Source: Rhina ancylostomus
Lineage: Eukaryota
Direction of reading: 5' to 3'
Length of the DNA stretch: 64,000 nucleotides
Assembly (NCBI GenBank): GCA_030265395.1
Contig: JARFYF010000063.1
Coordinates: 79,549,849 to 79,613,848 of the forward strand
The translations under genes were made by a program, and so were the position numbers. This document shows, in pieces, positions 36,301 through 48,300 of the stretch (its first letter is position 1; the number at the start of each line of letters is the position of its first letter). The notes beneath the pieces were generated by a model. That model saw nothing but the letters and a program-made list of their open reading frames with translations. It searched no databases and was not told where the DNA came from.

Positions 36301-39300
36301 TGGAGGTCCTGGGAGAGTTTGAATCCAATGGCAGCAAATTTCTTATATTTTGGACAATTTTCTAAGAACGCATAATCTTGAATGAACAAGAGAACATCCA
36401 TGTAAATGTAACATGTGAATTAACTTGTCAATAATTTAATACAAAGGGACTATCTAGCCGACCATTACCAAACCATGGGAGACTTCATTGTTGGCTTTAA
36501 GAAGGTGAACCAAGGCCATACCTTTTCATTTAAAACAAATATTAAGTGCTGAATATAGCACAGTAAATTCTGGTTCCAATTTTTATTGCTTTGATATGCC
36601 TGAAATTGCCCCACAAAGAAAATTTAGCTGTGGTACATGAGGCACACTAAATAAAATGATAGCAATAGAAATTGACTGGAAACCTTTAGCAAATCGGGCA
36701 GCATAGTCCAATGCTATACACAGGCATTGGATCTTCTGTATAAATGTGAGTGGTATTTTAGTGGGACATCAGCCCATCTTCATTTTTTTCCAAAATGGAC
36801 AAAAAAGTATTGCATTGAAACATGTTTGTCCTCTAATACATCATGAAGAAAGATTGTTTTCAACAAATAATTCTGAGTGAGTACTTGCAAAGTATTTCTT
36901 GGAGACACTGAGTGTTATCTTTCTGTTTACATGTAGTTGCAAATTCTCTTATTCCTCTTCCTGTGCAGGTTTTGTTATCATCTGACACCAAAAACAAATA
37001 TCTTATTGCAGTACAGTTCCACAATGGGGAGTGTCCCCTGGCACTTAATGTGGTTATTGTTTGTGCGATTCTGAACATTTTAAGTGCTGTCGGACATGGT
37101 GCTTGAGAAGCATTTCAACCTGTTGTCAAAAGAGACATTTCAACACTGGTTCCTGAATTTATAAGATCAGCTAAGAGCAACACAATTTTTCTGTTAACAT
37201 TTGGCTGAGAAGTTTGCTTTTTTTAAAACCAGCTGTCCAGTAAAGAGTACTCTTCAGACATTTCAGTCCTAGAATTGAGTGTTGCTAGGCAGCTATTATA
37301 GAGCAACTGCAACGAGCTGTTCACATTGTCAACCCAGAATAATACTGATCTGGCACTCTTGAACTACAAGATGACTGAACAAAAAAATGGACTTGAGGCA
37401 CTTGAGTAGTAGCAGTTGCATCTAAAGCAACTGCTAGGACAATAGAGAGATTTATCTTGCATCCAGCTCTTGTAATACTACAAAAGTGTGGTGCTGATTT
37501 TGGTAGAAAGAAGGTGTTGGCTTTTGGTATCTGTTGTGTTTTGAAGAAGCACCTATACAAATGCATAAAATTAATGCAAGGTTTAAGTTCTGCTATTCAA
37601 ATATGACAATTCTCATTACAGAATATTGCAATCTCATGAATAAACTTTAAAAGAATTAAAGGATGATAATGTATGGGTCATTAATATCATCAAACTTGTT
37701 TCAACAAAGCAGCAATATGGCTTGTGTGTTTGTCGTGTGATCTCTATAATAACAACTTTCTTTAGATGGTGAGCTTATGTACTGCTTGGTGTACTTTTTT
37801 CTTGATTTCTTAAGCATCAGTGGCACAATGCTAGTGGAAGTGTCTGAGTTGCCACAGCTCTGATGAGAGTAACATAGGATGCCAGCATTATTGCAGCAAA
37901 TCCCACTTTTTAAATTGTGATTTGTTTGAGTTAGATATTCACTTTTGCAAAGTAATTATTAATATTTTTCCATTTTAATTTTCTAGACTCAAACTCAGAA
38001 CAGTAGTTCAAATTCAGATGGGAGCCCAGTTCCACTAGGAATGAAGAGGAAGAACGGGGATAATGATGATGATGATGATGAACCACCAGATAATATCAGG
38101 TTCGTTTATCCTGTGGTTGCCTTGTTTAACTATTCAATGTATTCCTAAAATAGACACTAATTAGTACCACTTAATTTGAAGTTGCTAATGCCATAATCTC
38201 TCCATCACTGCTTTTCCATTTGTTGAGCACTAATTAATATGGAAAGGACAGGAACGTAGAGCAAAGTACTTGGAGATGTTGGAGCTATTGATTCTGAGTA
38301 GTGAGATTAGTATGCAAGTAGGTTGTCCAATTAAAAGTTGCTTCTCCCACTGAGATCAAACTACAAATTAGGTGGACATATCTCCATTTTATGCATACAT
38401 GATTATATAATCTGAATGCATGTGCAGATGCTAACTAGTCCTGTTCATTTCCATTGCGTTATCACCTTAGCACTATAAAATCTACTGGTGGTGCAGATAA
38501 ATACTTCAAAAGCGAATATTATTTGAAATTGATGCTTAGGAATAGCAATGTTATGTGAATATACTAATTGTCTCAAAGCAGTGGTGGGTAGAAAATAGTG
38601 TTGTCAATTTATACTGAAGTCTTGTTTTATACTTGGATTCCTGCATCAATATTAATTGTAATTCTGTGACTTTTTATGTGCTACAGCTTCCAACAATGTA
38701 TAGCTTCAGACAATCCTGATAATTCGTAGAATTATTGGCATTGTGCTGTTGAATAAAGGTGTCTAAATGCTCTTCAAAGCCAGCTCTGAAGCTGCCATTG
38801 GAAATGTTTTTTATCCAGTTTAAGTGGTAGAGCTTTGTTATTTTTCTCTTGAATCTGGTGTAGTCGTCTAAAGAAAATTGAGTACTATTGTCCATGAAAC
38901 ATTGCGTCAGTCACTGTAAACATTTTCTTTTGATTTTTCAGTGAATTTCATCACTGGCTTTCTTCATTGGCTATACTAGAAAAATCATGTTTGCCTATAT
39001 CCATATATAAATTGGTATATTTCTCTGTGTGTGTACTAGGGGAATGTTTGAATTGGTGATGGCTGATAGTTTATAAATGGCCACCCAAGCGCTCTCTGGC
39101 AGCACTGACTGATTAGTTTAGAACTGCTACGGCAGAGCTACAGTACTAACTCAAGTGTCAGGATATTATACTGCATCAGGTTTTTAATGCTTTAGTTGGG
39201 TATTGAATTAGTTGTTTGAAGATAATTCTGGTCAATTTTATTCAGTGCTTTCAGGCCTGAATTAGCTTTGCATGTTTTCTTTAAAGCTTTAATGACTTGG

Positions 39301-42300
39301 GTTCACATGCCTGTGCTTTGGTAAAACAAAATTGATAGCTTGACTGTAGTGTAAATATTATATCATGGACATTCCAGGTAATGAGGATCCTCCTATGTGG
39401 ATGGGGAAAAATCTGCTTTTAAGGCTCCATATTTGTATTATCAAGGAAAAAGCATTCTTTTTTTCTTCCTTCAATATTTTCACTGAACAACAAAAAACAT
39501 AGGAAACAGGTATTAGCACTGCATACTGGATTTTTGCTGTGATGACTGAAGTCTTGATCAGAACTATTCAGAAGCACCTCTGTCACAGACACAGGTGTTT
39601 CAAACTTTTTCTGTGCTCCTTAAAATAAATTTTAAACTTAATCCTTCAACTGCATTATTTGGGATTGTTGGAGAAAAAGATACAACTTTGGAGGCTTCTG
39701 ATCTACACATTCTGGCTTTTATTTCTCTTATAGCCAGAAGGGCTGTATTGCTTAATTGGAAGGAAGTCACTCCACCTACTCGTGCTCAATGGTTACAGGA
39801 TGTTATGCCATACCTAAATTTAGAGAAGATCTGTTGTTCAATTTCTGAATCTAACTTTGACTTTTAAACACTGTGGGGAACATTTTTGAACTATTTTCAA
39901 AACCTTTGATCTGGTGGCTAAAGTACAGATATTGGCTGATATCGTTGTGTGTCAAGGAATTGTCCTTGTCCTTTTTACTAAACGGCTTCGGTCTTGGTAG
40001 TGGGTTTAGATTTTTTTATAATAAAATTATTCCATTTTATTTGCTATTAATTATCATGTGTAATTAATATGGAGTATTGTGATTTCAAGTATGATTTAAT
40101 GCAGTGTATTTAGTAGCATTTTTATCTTTTTGATTCAAGTACTCTGTAGTTTCTTTGCGGAATTAATAAAAATATTGTACAAAGGAAAGAACTATTCAGA
40201 AGCAAGGTGAAACTTAGGATTTTTTTTGCCTTGTGACCTTGATGAGCATCATTTAAGTTCACCTCAATCTTAAAAGCATCCTAGAGATTTGGTTTGATTT
40301 GTTCATTCAGAATCTTGCTTTGTCACATGGTTGCTTACTTTTCCAATCAAATATACAGTGGCATGCAAAAGTTTGGGCACCCCTTGTCAAAATTTCTGTT
40401 ACTGAATAGCTAAGCGAGTAAAAGATGACCTGATTTCCAAAAGGCATAAAGTTAAAGATGACACTTCTTTTAATATTTTAAGCAAGATTACTTTTTTATT
40501 TCCATCTTTTACAGTCTCAAAATAACAAAGGAAAAGGGCCCAAATCAAAAGTTTGGACACCCTGCGTGGTCAGTACTTAGTAACATCCCCTTTGGCAAGT
40601 ATCACAGCTTGCAAACGCTTTCTGTAGCCAGCTAAGAGTCTTTCAATTCTTGTTTGGGGGATTTTCGCCCATTCTTCCTTGCAAAAGGCNNNNNNNNNNN
40701 NNNNNNNNNNNNNNNNNNNNNNNNNNNNNNNNNNNNNNNNNNNNNNNNNNNNNNNNNNNNNNNNNNNNNNNNNNNNNNNNNNNNNNNNNTTAATTTTCAG
40801 AGTGCTAGGCAGCTGCTTAGAGGAGCCCATGGCTGCTGATTGTTGGGACAAGGTTTGAGGAGTCGGGGTATTTATAAAGCTTTGAAATTTGCATCACCTG
40901 GCCTTTGCTAACGATGACTGTGAACAAGCCATGGCCCTAACAAGCTAATGAAGGTCTGAGGTCTTAGTAAAAGTTATTTGAGTGCTCAAATCTCTTGGGG
41001 TGCCCAAACTTCTGCATGGTACTCCTTTCCTTTTTTTCCACTCTAAAATTGTACAGAACAAAAATAATACAATCTTAAAATGTTGAAACTTTAACTTTGT
41101 GACTTTTGGAGATCAGTTCATCTTCTACTCAATTATTCATAGTAACGGAAATTTAGACCAGGGGTGCGCAAACTTTTGCATGCCAGTGTATCTCTAAATT
41201 AAGCTTTCACTGCTTTAGCTAAACAAGAAATTGTTGTAGAGCATTGCTTAAATCAGAATCAGACTTGTTATCACTGACTTAAAAGTTATGAAATTTGTTG
41301 TTTAGCAACGGCAGTATAGTGCACAGACATAAAATTACTATAAATTACAGAAATAGTACAAAAGGAAGGAATAATGAGGTAGTGTTCATAGCTTATTAAT
41401 TAAGAAATCTAATGCAAAAGGGAAGAAGCTGTTCTGAACTGTTGAGTGTGGGTCTTCAGGCTCCTGTACCACCTCCCCGATGGTAAGAACAAGAAGAGGC
41501 ATGTCCCAGATGGTGAGGGTCCTTAGTGATAGCTGCCACCGCCTTGAGGCACCACCTCTTGAAGATGTCCTCAATGATGGCGGGAGTTGTGCTTGTGATG
41601 GAGCAGGCTGAGTCTCCAAACCTCTGCAGTCAGGCCCAGGATAGATCTTCCAAACTGTTGACACCCAGGAACTTTGAAGCTGCTCACCCTTTCCACCAGC
41701 AACTCCTTAAATGTATCGGTATTGCTGCACATAGTGGTTGTTGCTGGAGGAATAATCTCGTGGGCCAAATGAATTATTCAGTGCGGGTTTGTCTGTACAC
41801 AAATTATAAGTCTTAGATTTCCGGAGTCCTGTACTTGTGAAAGGCTGTGATTGATGACTTTTTGGATTACCAATGACAGGAAAATAGTGATTTAAAAGTT
41901 CAGCTAGAATCTTGAATGGTGGCACAGGCTTGAGGTTTGACTGAATTGTACCCCTTTTTCTCATGTTCCTGCAGTACATTTTCGTACTAAGCCAGTTTGT
42001 GAATTTGGATTCAGTTTATGAAAATTAAGTTTTGGGAAAATTATCATTAATCTCAAGTTTTTTTTAAAGAAGTTGATCAGGAAGCATGTTTTCCTCACCT
42101 GGTCTGACCTGAATATGACTCCAATCTTGCAGCAATGTTGTTCACTCTTAATGGTCTTCTGAAGATGTTGAGCAAGCTACGTGATGGTATCAAACTGCTT
42201 GCTAGTCTTCAGGGGAAAGAAACAACTTAATTTGGACAATCAGAGTTTGCTATATGGGTATTCCTTGATTTAAGCAAATTTTCATTCACAGATCTTCACA

Positions 42301-45300
42301 TGATGCTATTGACTCCTTAGATACGTGTCTTGTGTTTACAAATCTAAATTTTCTAGAATGAATAGCATACCACTCCCCACCTTTAGGAATACCTTATCAA
42401 AATATCACTAAGGCACTTCACCCAGCCTTTTCAATTTACAGAACTTAACTACACAAAATATTTTCCAGAAATGCAACAGTCTTGCAAATCCAGAAACACC
42501 TCTAATTATTGGCTTTGTCAGTAATGTCACATCCTGGGGATGAATTAATAAAAAACCATTATAAAAATATTTTGGGATACTTAAGGTTTCTGTTTCTTTG
42601 GAATGGGAGACTATCAAGATAGAACAATTCTATCATTCGGTGATTTTTTTTTGCAATGTTACATGACTGTCAGGTGGTTTTTGTTCACCTCTTCACAAAT
42701 CTATTGTGGAATGGACAGATACATGTGTAAGGAGGAATAAGTTGTTCATGTTACGTGATATCATTTCCAATTGATTCAGTCCCTTAGAATACCAAAAACA
42801 TTGCATAGTGTTTTGGCTCTAGCAATGTAAATGTGGGTTACTGAAGGAAAATAATTCAGTCCAGAATTAATCTAAAAGATGAGTTCTTGCCATGGTGAAG
42901 TTTCAAGTCGTAAAACAACAACCTTCCTCTGTTCTGAAGGGTCTCCAACCTGAAATGTTGAAAGATATGGCCTGACCTGTTGAGTATTTCCAGCACTTCC
43001 TGTTTTTGTTTTAGATTTTGTTGGATGTTGGGGTGATTTAGTATCATTAGAAATGTCATAGAACAGTGCAGCACCGTACAGGTTTGCCTTCCAAGTCAAG
43101 GCTTTGGGCTTAAGCCCCACTCCAGACTTGAGTGCATATTCTCGGTTAATATTTCAGAGCTCTGGTTGAGAAATGCTGTCTGATGAATGAAACCTTAAAT
43201 TCGGGATGAAAACCTGCCTGTCTGACTCAAGCCTAGTAACATCCAATTATATGTACAGGGGTTGGATATTAAGCAAAATTCTTGGTTCGATTTAGTTTGG
43301 CCAAAGTTTGGTGTGATTTTTAATTTTGTATCAGTACAGACCTCATCAATAACTTTTCACCTGTTTAGTTTTAATATAGAACACACCATGGCAGAATTTG
43401 AGAAAGAGTTGTACCTGCATTCAGGCCAACATTTAACTAATACCACTAGTAAAAGATTAACTGCTATTTTTTTTCTTGTTACCATGCAGAAATTAGCCAT
43501 TGCTTTTTCCAACAAGTCTATGAAGCTCTTTAAGACTGCCTCAGATTATGAAAAGTCCAAATAAATGCAAGTTCCTTGTTGGACTCATTAATCCCTTTCC
43601 TTTTTCTTCTCCCTTTCATTATATCTGTTTTCACATTCACATTTGTGCTCTCTTGTTCAGTCATGTATGCTTTTCTGATTCTGTTCTTGTATGCTGTCAC
43701 ACTTGAAGGAATTGTTGAATTTAGTGGCATTCCATCTCAACTGCTGATCTTGATGGTGTGTATTCAGGATGCAGGGGAAAACTGCAGCGAAAACACAATC
43801 ACTGCACCAAAATGTTCACTAGACCAATGTACTTGTTTAAGTTGTGCATAAAATGTTCGTTCTAGTGATTTGGTTTCATTTCATGCCAGTGTTTGAATGA
43901 GAGTGAGTAGCTGCTTAGAGTTTTTCTTGAATATTGCTACATTCATCCCTGGTGAGGCAATTAGCTGATACAAGTGTAGAACTTCGTCCTTGTTGACCAA
44001 GCCGTAACCAGCTCATTGCTGAGAATGGGTGTATTTACATTCCAGGGCTGGGGACCCACTTCCTTAGCAAGAATGCCTAACCTGAAAGAATGGTAAAGGA
44101 GTCCAAGTTGCTCTATGCTGCTCTGCTGGGTGTGTAACAGGCCAGTGAGATGGTAAATATTTCAGTCTCCATTTGTAGATCGCACTCATGTTAACTGGAG
44201 GAAAGGCTGCTGCATGTAGATACATTTACTGTTAGTTGTTAGAATTGAATAACTGAAGGATGTTGGGATGGAACAACTGGTGGCAGAACCTGTTCCTTGG
44301 CACTAGAAATGAATGTAGTGGTGATGAAGAATTGGGAACACAATTGAAATAGATTTCCATTTGATTTCCTGTCTCAAAATTGATTGCAATGTTCAAAATT
44401 TCATTTCATGAAGGGACAGATTATGCCTGTGGTTATTCATTAATTGATTAAAAATTCCAGCGAGAACCAATCCAGCATAAATCTTCATTAGTACCGTGAT
44501 CTAGATTGTCCGGGCATGGTATCAAACCTTTCATTGCACAGATGAAGGTAGAATACCTACGATGCCAAATTTATGAATTCACACCTTTTTGAAAATGTTG
44601 ACTGTTCTACCTCTGGGTGTTTCAAATTAGAAATAACATTTGTACATTGGGTAATGGATGGAACATGCGTGCACAGTGATTCTCTTGCATTTTAGAGGTA
44701 GTAGCTCTTTGGAATTTGAGTAAAGATTCAGTGTTTATGGTGTAGTCACGAGAGTTTAAGGCCAAATGAATTGGTAGGCTTGAACCACTTCCTAATGGGG
44801 ACTAGTTGGTTTTAAAGCTGAGCAAACTCCAGGAATACATTTGCTCCAAGGCTTTTGAGCTAAATTTTATTTTTGTATTGCAGGCTTTGGGAAGAGGGTT
44901 GGAAGCAACGTTACTATAAAAGCAAGTTTGATGTTGATGCTTCTGATGAAAAATTCCGTAGAAAAGTTGTAGAATCATACGTTGAAGGTTTGTGTTGGGT
45001 TCTTCAATATTATTATCAGGTATGTAAGATTTTTGCTTCTGACTTATTTAGTGAAGTATATTATAGTGGATTCCAAATGGAGGTTTATTAGTGAGAACAT
45101 TTTAAGAATTATTCCCATTTTACTGAAATATCCCCAATCTAATCAAGAACACTTGTGCCTAAATTTTTTTTTAAAAGGACACACCATGTATCACTCTTTT
45201 GCAAATAGTAGGAGGAGAGAAAGAAGAAATTTTGAAGCTTCCTGAGAGCTATTCAGCCAAGTTTAAAAACAAAAAGTGCATTAACAGTCATCAATATTTT

Positions 45301-48300
45301 TAACTAGATTTTCGTGGGTGGTTCAGCTTGGAGCCACCACCTTAATGCAGAAGAATCATTCGTTTTGTCTCTAATGTGTGTTATGAGAGTAACTCAGAAC
45401 ATGTATCCTCATGTTAAAATCTTTAAAAACAAGTGATTTTGTACCATAAGTAATTTGCCTCTGCTTTAAAGATAGCACAAAAAAGGGATTGCTTTAAAAA
45501 ATTGTATTCTATTTACAGGGGTGTGCTTCCTGGAAATGGTTCTACCCGTTCCACTATGCACCATTTGCTTCAGACTTCACAGACATTAAAGATATGCCAT
45601 CCACATTTGAAAAGGGAACGCAGCCGGTGAGAATTTGCAAGAGTAAATTTGATACTCGGCAGAAGTATATACTGTATGGTGCTTTTTCTGTAACGTAGAA
45701 TGGGAAAATGCCTCCTGATGACTTTGTAGACTTGATGTAAAACTTAATGAAAACTATTAATACAGTGGATAATCCATTTTATGATTTGAATGTTTTTTTG
45801 CATTGATGTTTAAAATTCAGGGCAAGTTTAAGTTATATCATTCCCCAGTGTAACCTGAATTGAAGATTTTGAGTGCAATGCATTTGATGGCTGTGTGTGT
45901 TTTTTATGGGTGAACGCGCGCGCGCACACACCTGTATCATAGCTCTCTGTTTTTCATGTCCGCGTCATTTCTCCTCCTGTTACCACTTTGCCACCCCTAC
46001 TTTCTACATATGGCCTGCAAGTTTATTTAGGCATCTGTAACTGCAATTGTGCATGCTGGAGTCCCACTCCTAGCCAGCCCTTTTGATCTCCTACAGTAGG
46101 CTGAATGGGCCTTGAACATTTGGATGTAAGAAATGGATGCTTTATTTGGTCCCTCTCAACATACTGATCTCTACATAAGACAGATAGTGTTCAGCTAAAT
46201 TAAAAAATAAACTGGATTATTTATCTGACAGTACAAACTTTCTAACTGCATTTACTTACTACTTGACCAAATAGAAAACTGAACGTTTTTGGCCATTCAT
46301 GCTTGTTTGATATCCAATTTCAGCAAACCAAATGCACATCAAATACCCTTCATGATCCTAATATAAACTTTCAGATCCTTCTTCCTGCTTTTGTCCTCCT
46401 CCATTCACAAAATATTTAGTTCCTTTGGTAGGCTGGCTATCTCAGCAGATTAAGTTGTTGGTGGCACATGAATACATTTCAATCTTTTTGCAGTTCAAAC
46501 CACTGGAACAATTGATGGGAGTATTTCCTGCAGCAAGTGGTAAATTCCTTCCAAAGACTTGGCAGGCATTGATGGAAGATCCAGTGAGTTATTGAATAGA
46601 AAATGTTAGCAAGACTTTTGTTCAAAATGGATAATCCACATGATATTGTCATAAAATTAACAGAACTTCATATAGTGGATGTTAATGGAAAATATTTTAA
46701 AGTTTTGGCTAGATTTATCACTTAAATTATTTGTGATATAGAATATGAAACGTGTTTATCTTTCAAGGACAATTGCCTAAATATCCATTTTCATAGCTTC
46801 ACCTTTCAATCCTATGGAGGATTTCCCTTCTCTATCATTGATATTTTTTTGTTATTTCAATGGATGTGGCTGGCACATCCAGAGCCAATCGTTGCTAAAG
46901 GTTCTCATAATAAACCTAGTTTGTGGCACCTCGTTAGTTTACTGAGTAATTTCAGAGTGTAGTGAAGAGTCGACCACATTGCTTGAAAGTCTTGGGTTTT
47001 GTATAGACTGTCAGGCATCAGGAAAGGCAGCAGATTTCCCTACCTGAATGGCGTTAGTGAGCCATAAATTTTGACAATTTGGTTATTTCATTGTCGCCTT
47101 TACTAAAGTAAGCTTTTTATTGTAGATTTTTAAAACGGGCTTAAGTTAAACTCCCCTGCTGCTTTGAGATTTGAATTCTTGTCTCTGAATTGTCAGTCTA
47201 AATTAGTGGTTCACTGGTTCACTCAATTACTGCATTATCATCCATATAGAAGTATTTAAGCCAGCTAGGAATAGGATAACAGATTGTGGTGTATTGGGAG
47301 AAGAGTTTAGATAACACACATCTTATTAATTGTGCAAGTGCTCTGAGATTAATTTTGCAACCAAGCTTTAACAAGTTACTGCAATGAACCCACATATAAC
47401 TAATCAAAGATTTGAATCTGCCCTTTTTTTATGGACTGTCCATATTACTTTCTGCATCTGTAATCACAGACTAGTTAACTATTGATGTCAAACCTTGTTC
47501 AAAGGGCTCGAGCCTACTTTTGCTTAACGAAATAAGGTAAATATTTTTCCAGCCCACACTGTTAGATTGAACTGTTGCTGTTGTGTTTTTTGAAAAGCCA
47601 AGTAAAATGCAACTTAAATTTTGCTTCTGATTTGCCTTTCTTGATCACTTGATTTTCACATGAAAATGTTAAATTTGGAGCTAATACACCCTAATGAGAA
47701 TAGATATGAGTATAAATAGCCTTTTTAAATGCATATTTTTGTTAATTACTTAACAAATGAATGAAAATTAATATTTTTTTGTAATTCTTAACAAAAATAT
47801 GCTTTGAATTTGTCTATGATTAAACTATGTAAAGTGCATATCCAGATTGTGGCTTATTTTCTTGGAGGAAAATGTATCTCATTGTGTTTTTATATAAACT
47901 GAGATTGCCCAAGGTGCAGATGAAAAATATACATCTTATTTAACAGGACTCTTCAATCATTGACTTCTATCCTGATGATTTTGCTCTTGATTTAAATGGA
48001 AAAAAATATGCTTGGCAAGGTAGGATTTCAGATTCCCCTGTATATTCTTTCATATCCTATTGTATTTCTAAGGTTATTGGTTTTAGTTCAGGATTGAAGA
48101 CTACTGTATTTTTTCCAGTTTATATGTACAAGCAGTATGATTTGCAAAACCCAGTGTACAAATTAAAAGCAGAAGTAGATTTGAGAAGGGATGTCTTGTG
48201 CTGGAAGCAATTTGACTGTATTATGATTCAGGAGCTGAACAAGGATCAGCAATGAGAGGGTAATTTTTGCTGTCATTAGTAACATGAATAAGTATGAATC

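Noticed and set aside
43175-43200. ctgatga...gaaac motif resembling a hammerhead core
   Set aside because: Only 2 nt between CTGATGA and GAAA (no stem II), and it lies in a decayed Deu-SINE-like head
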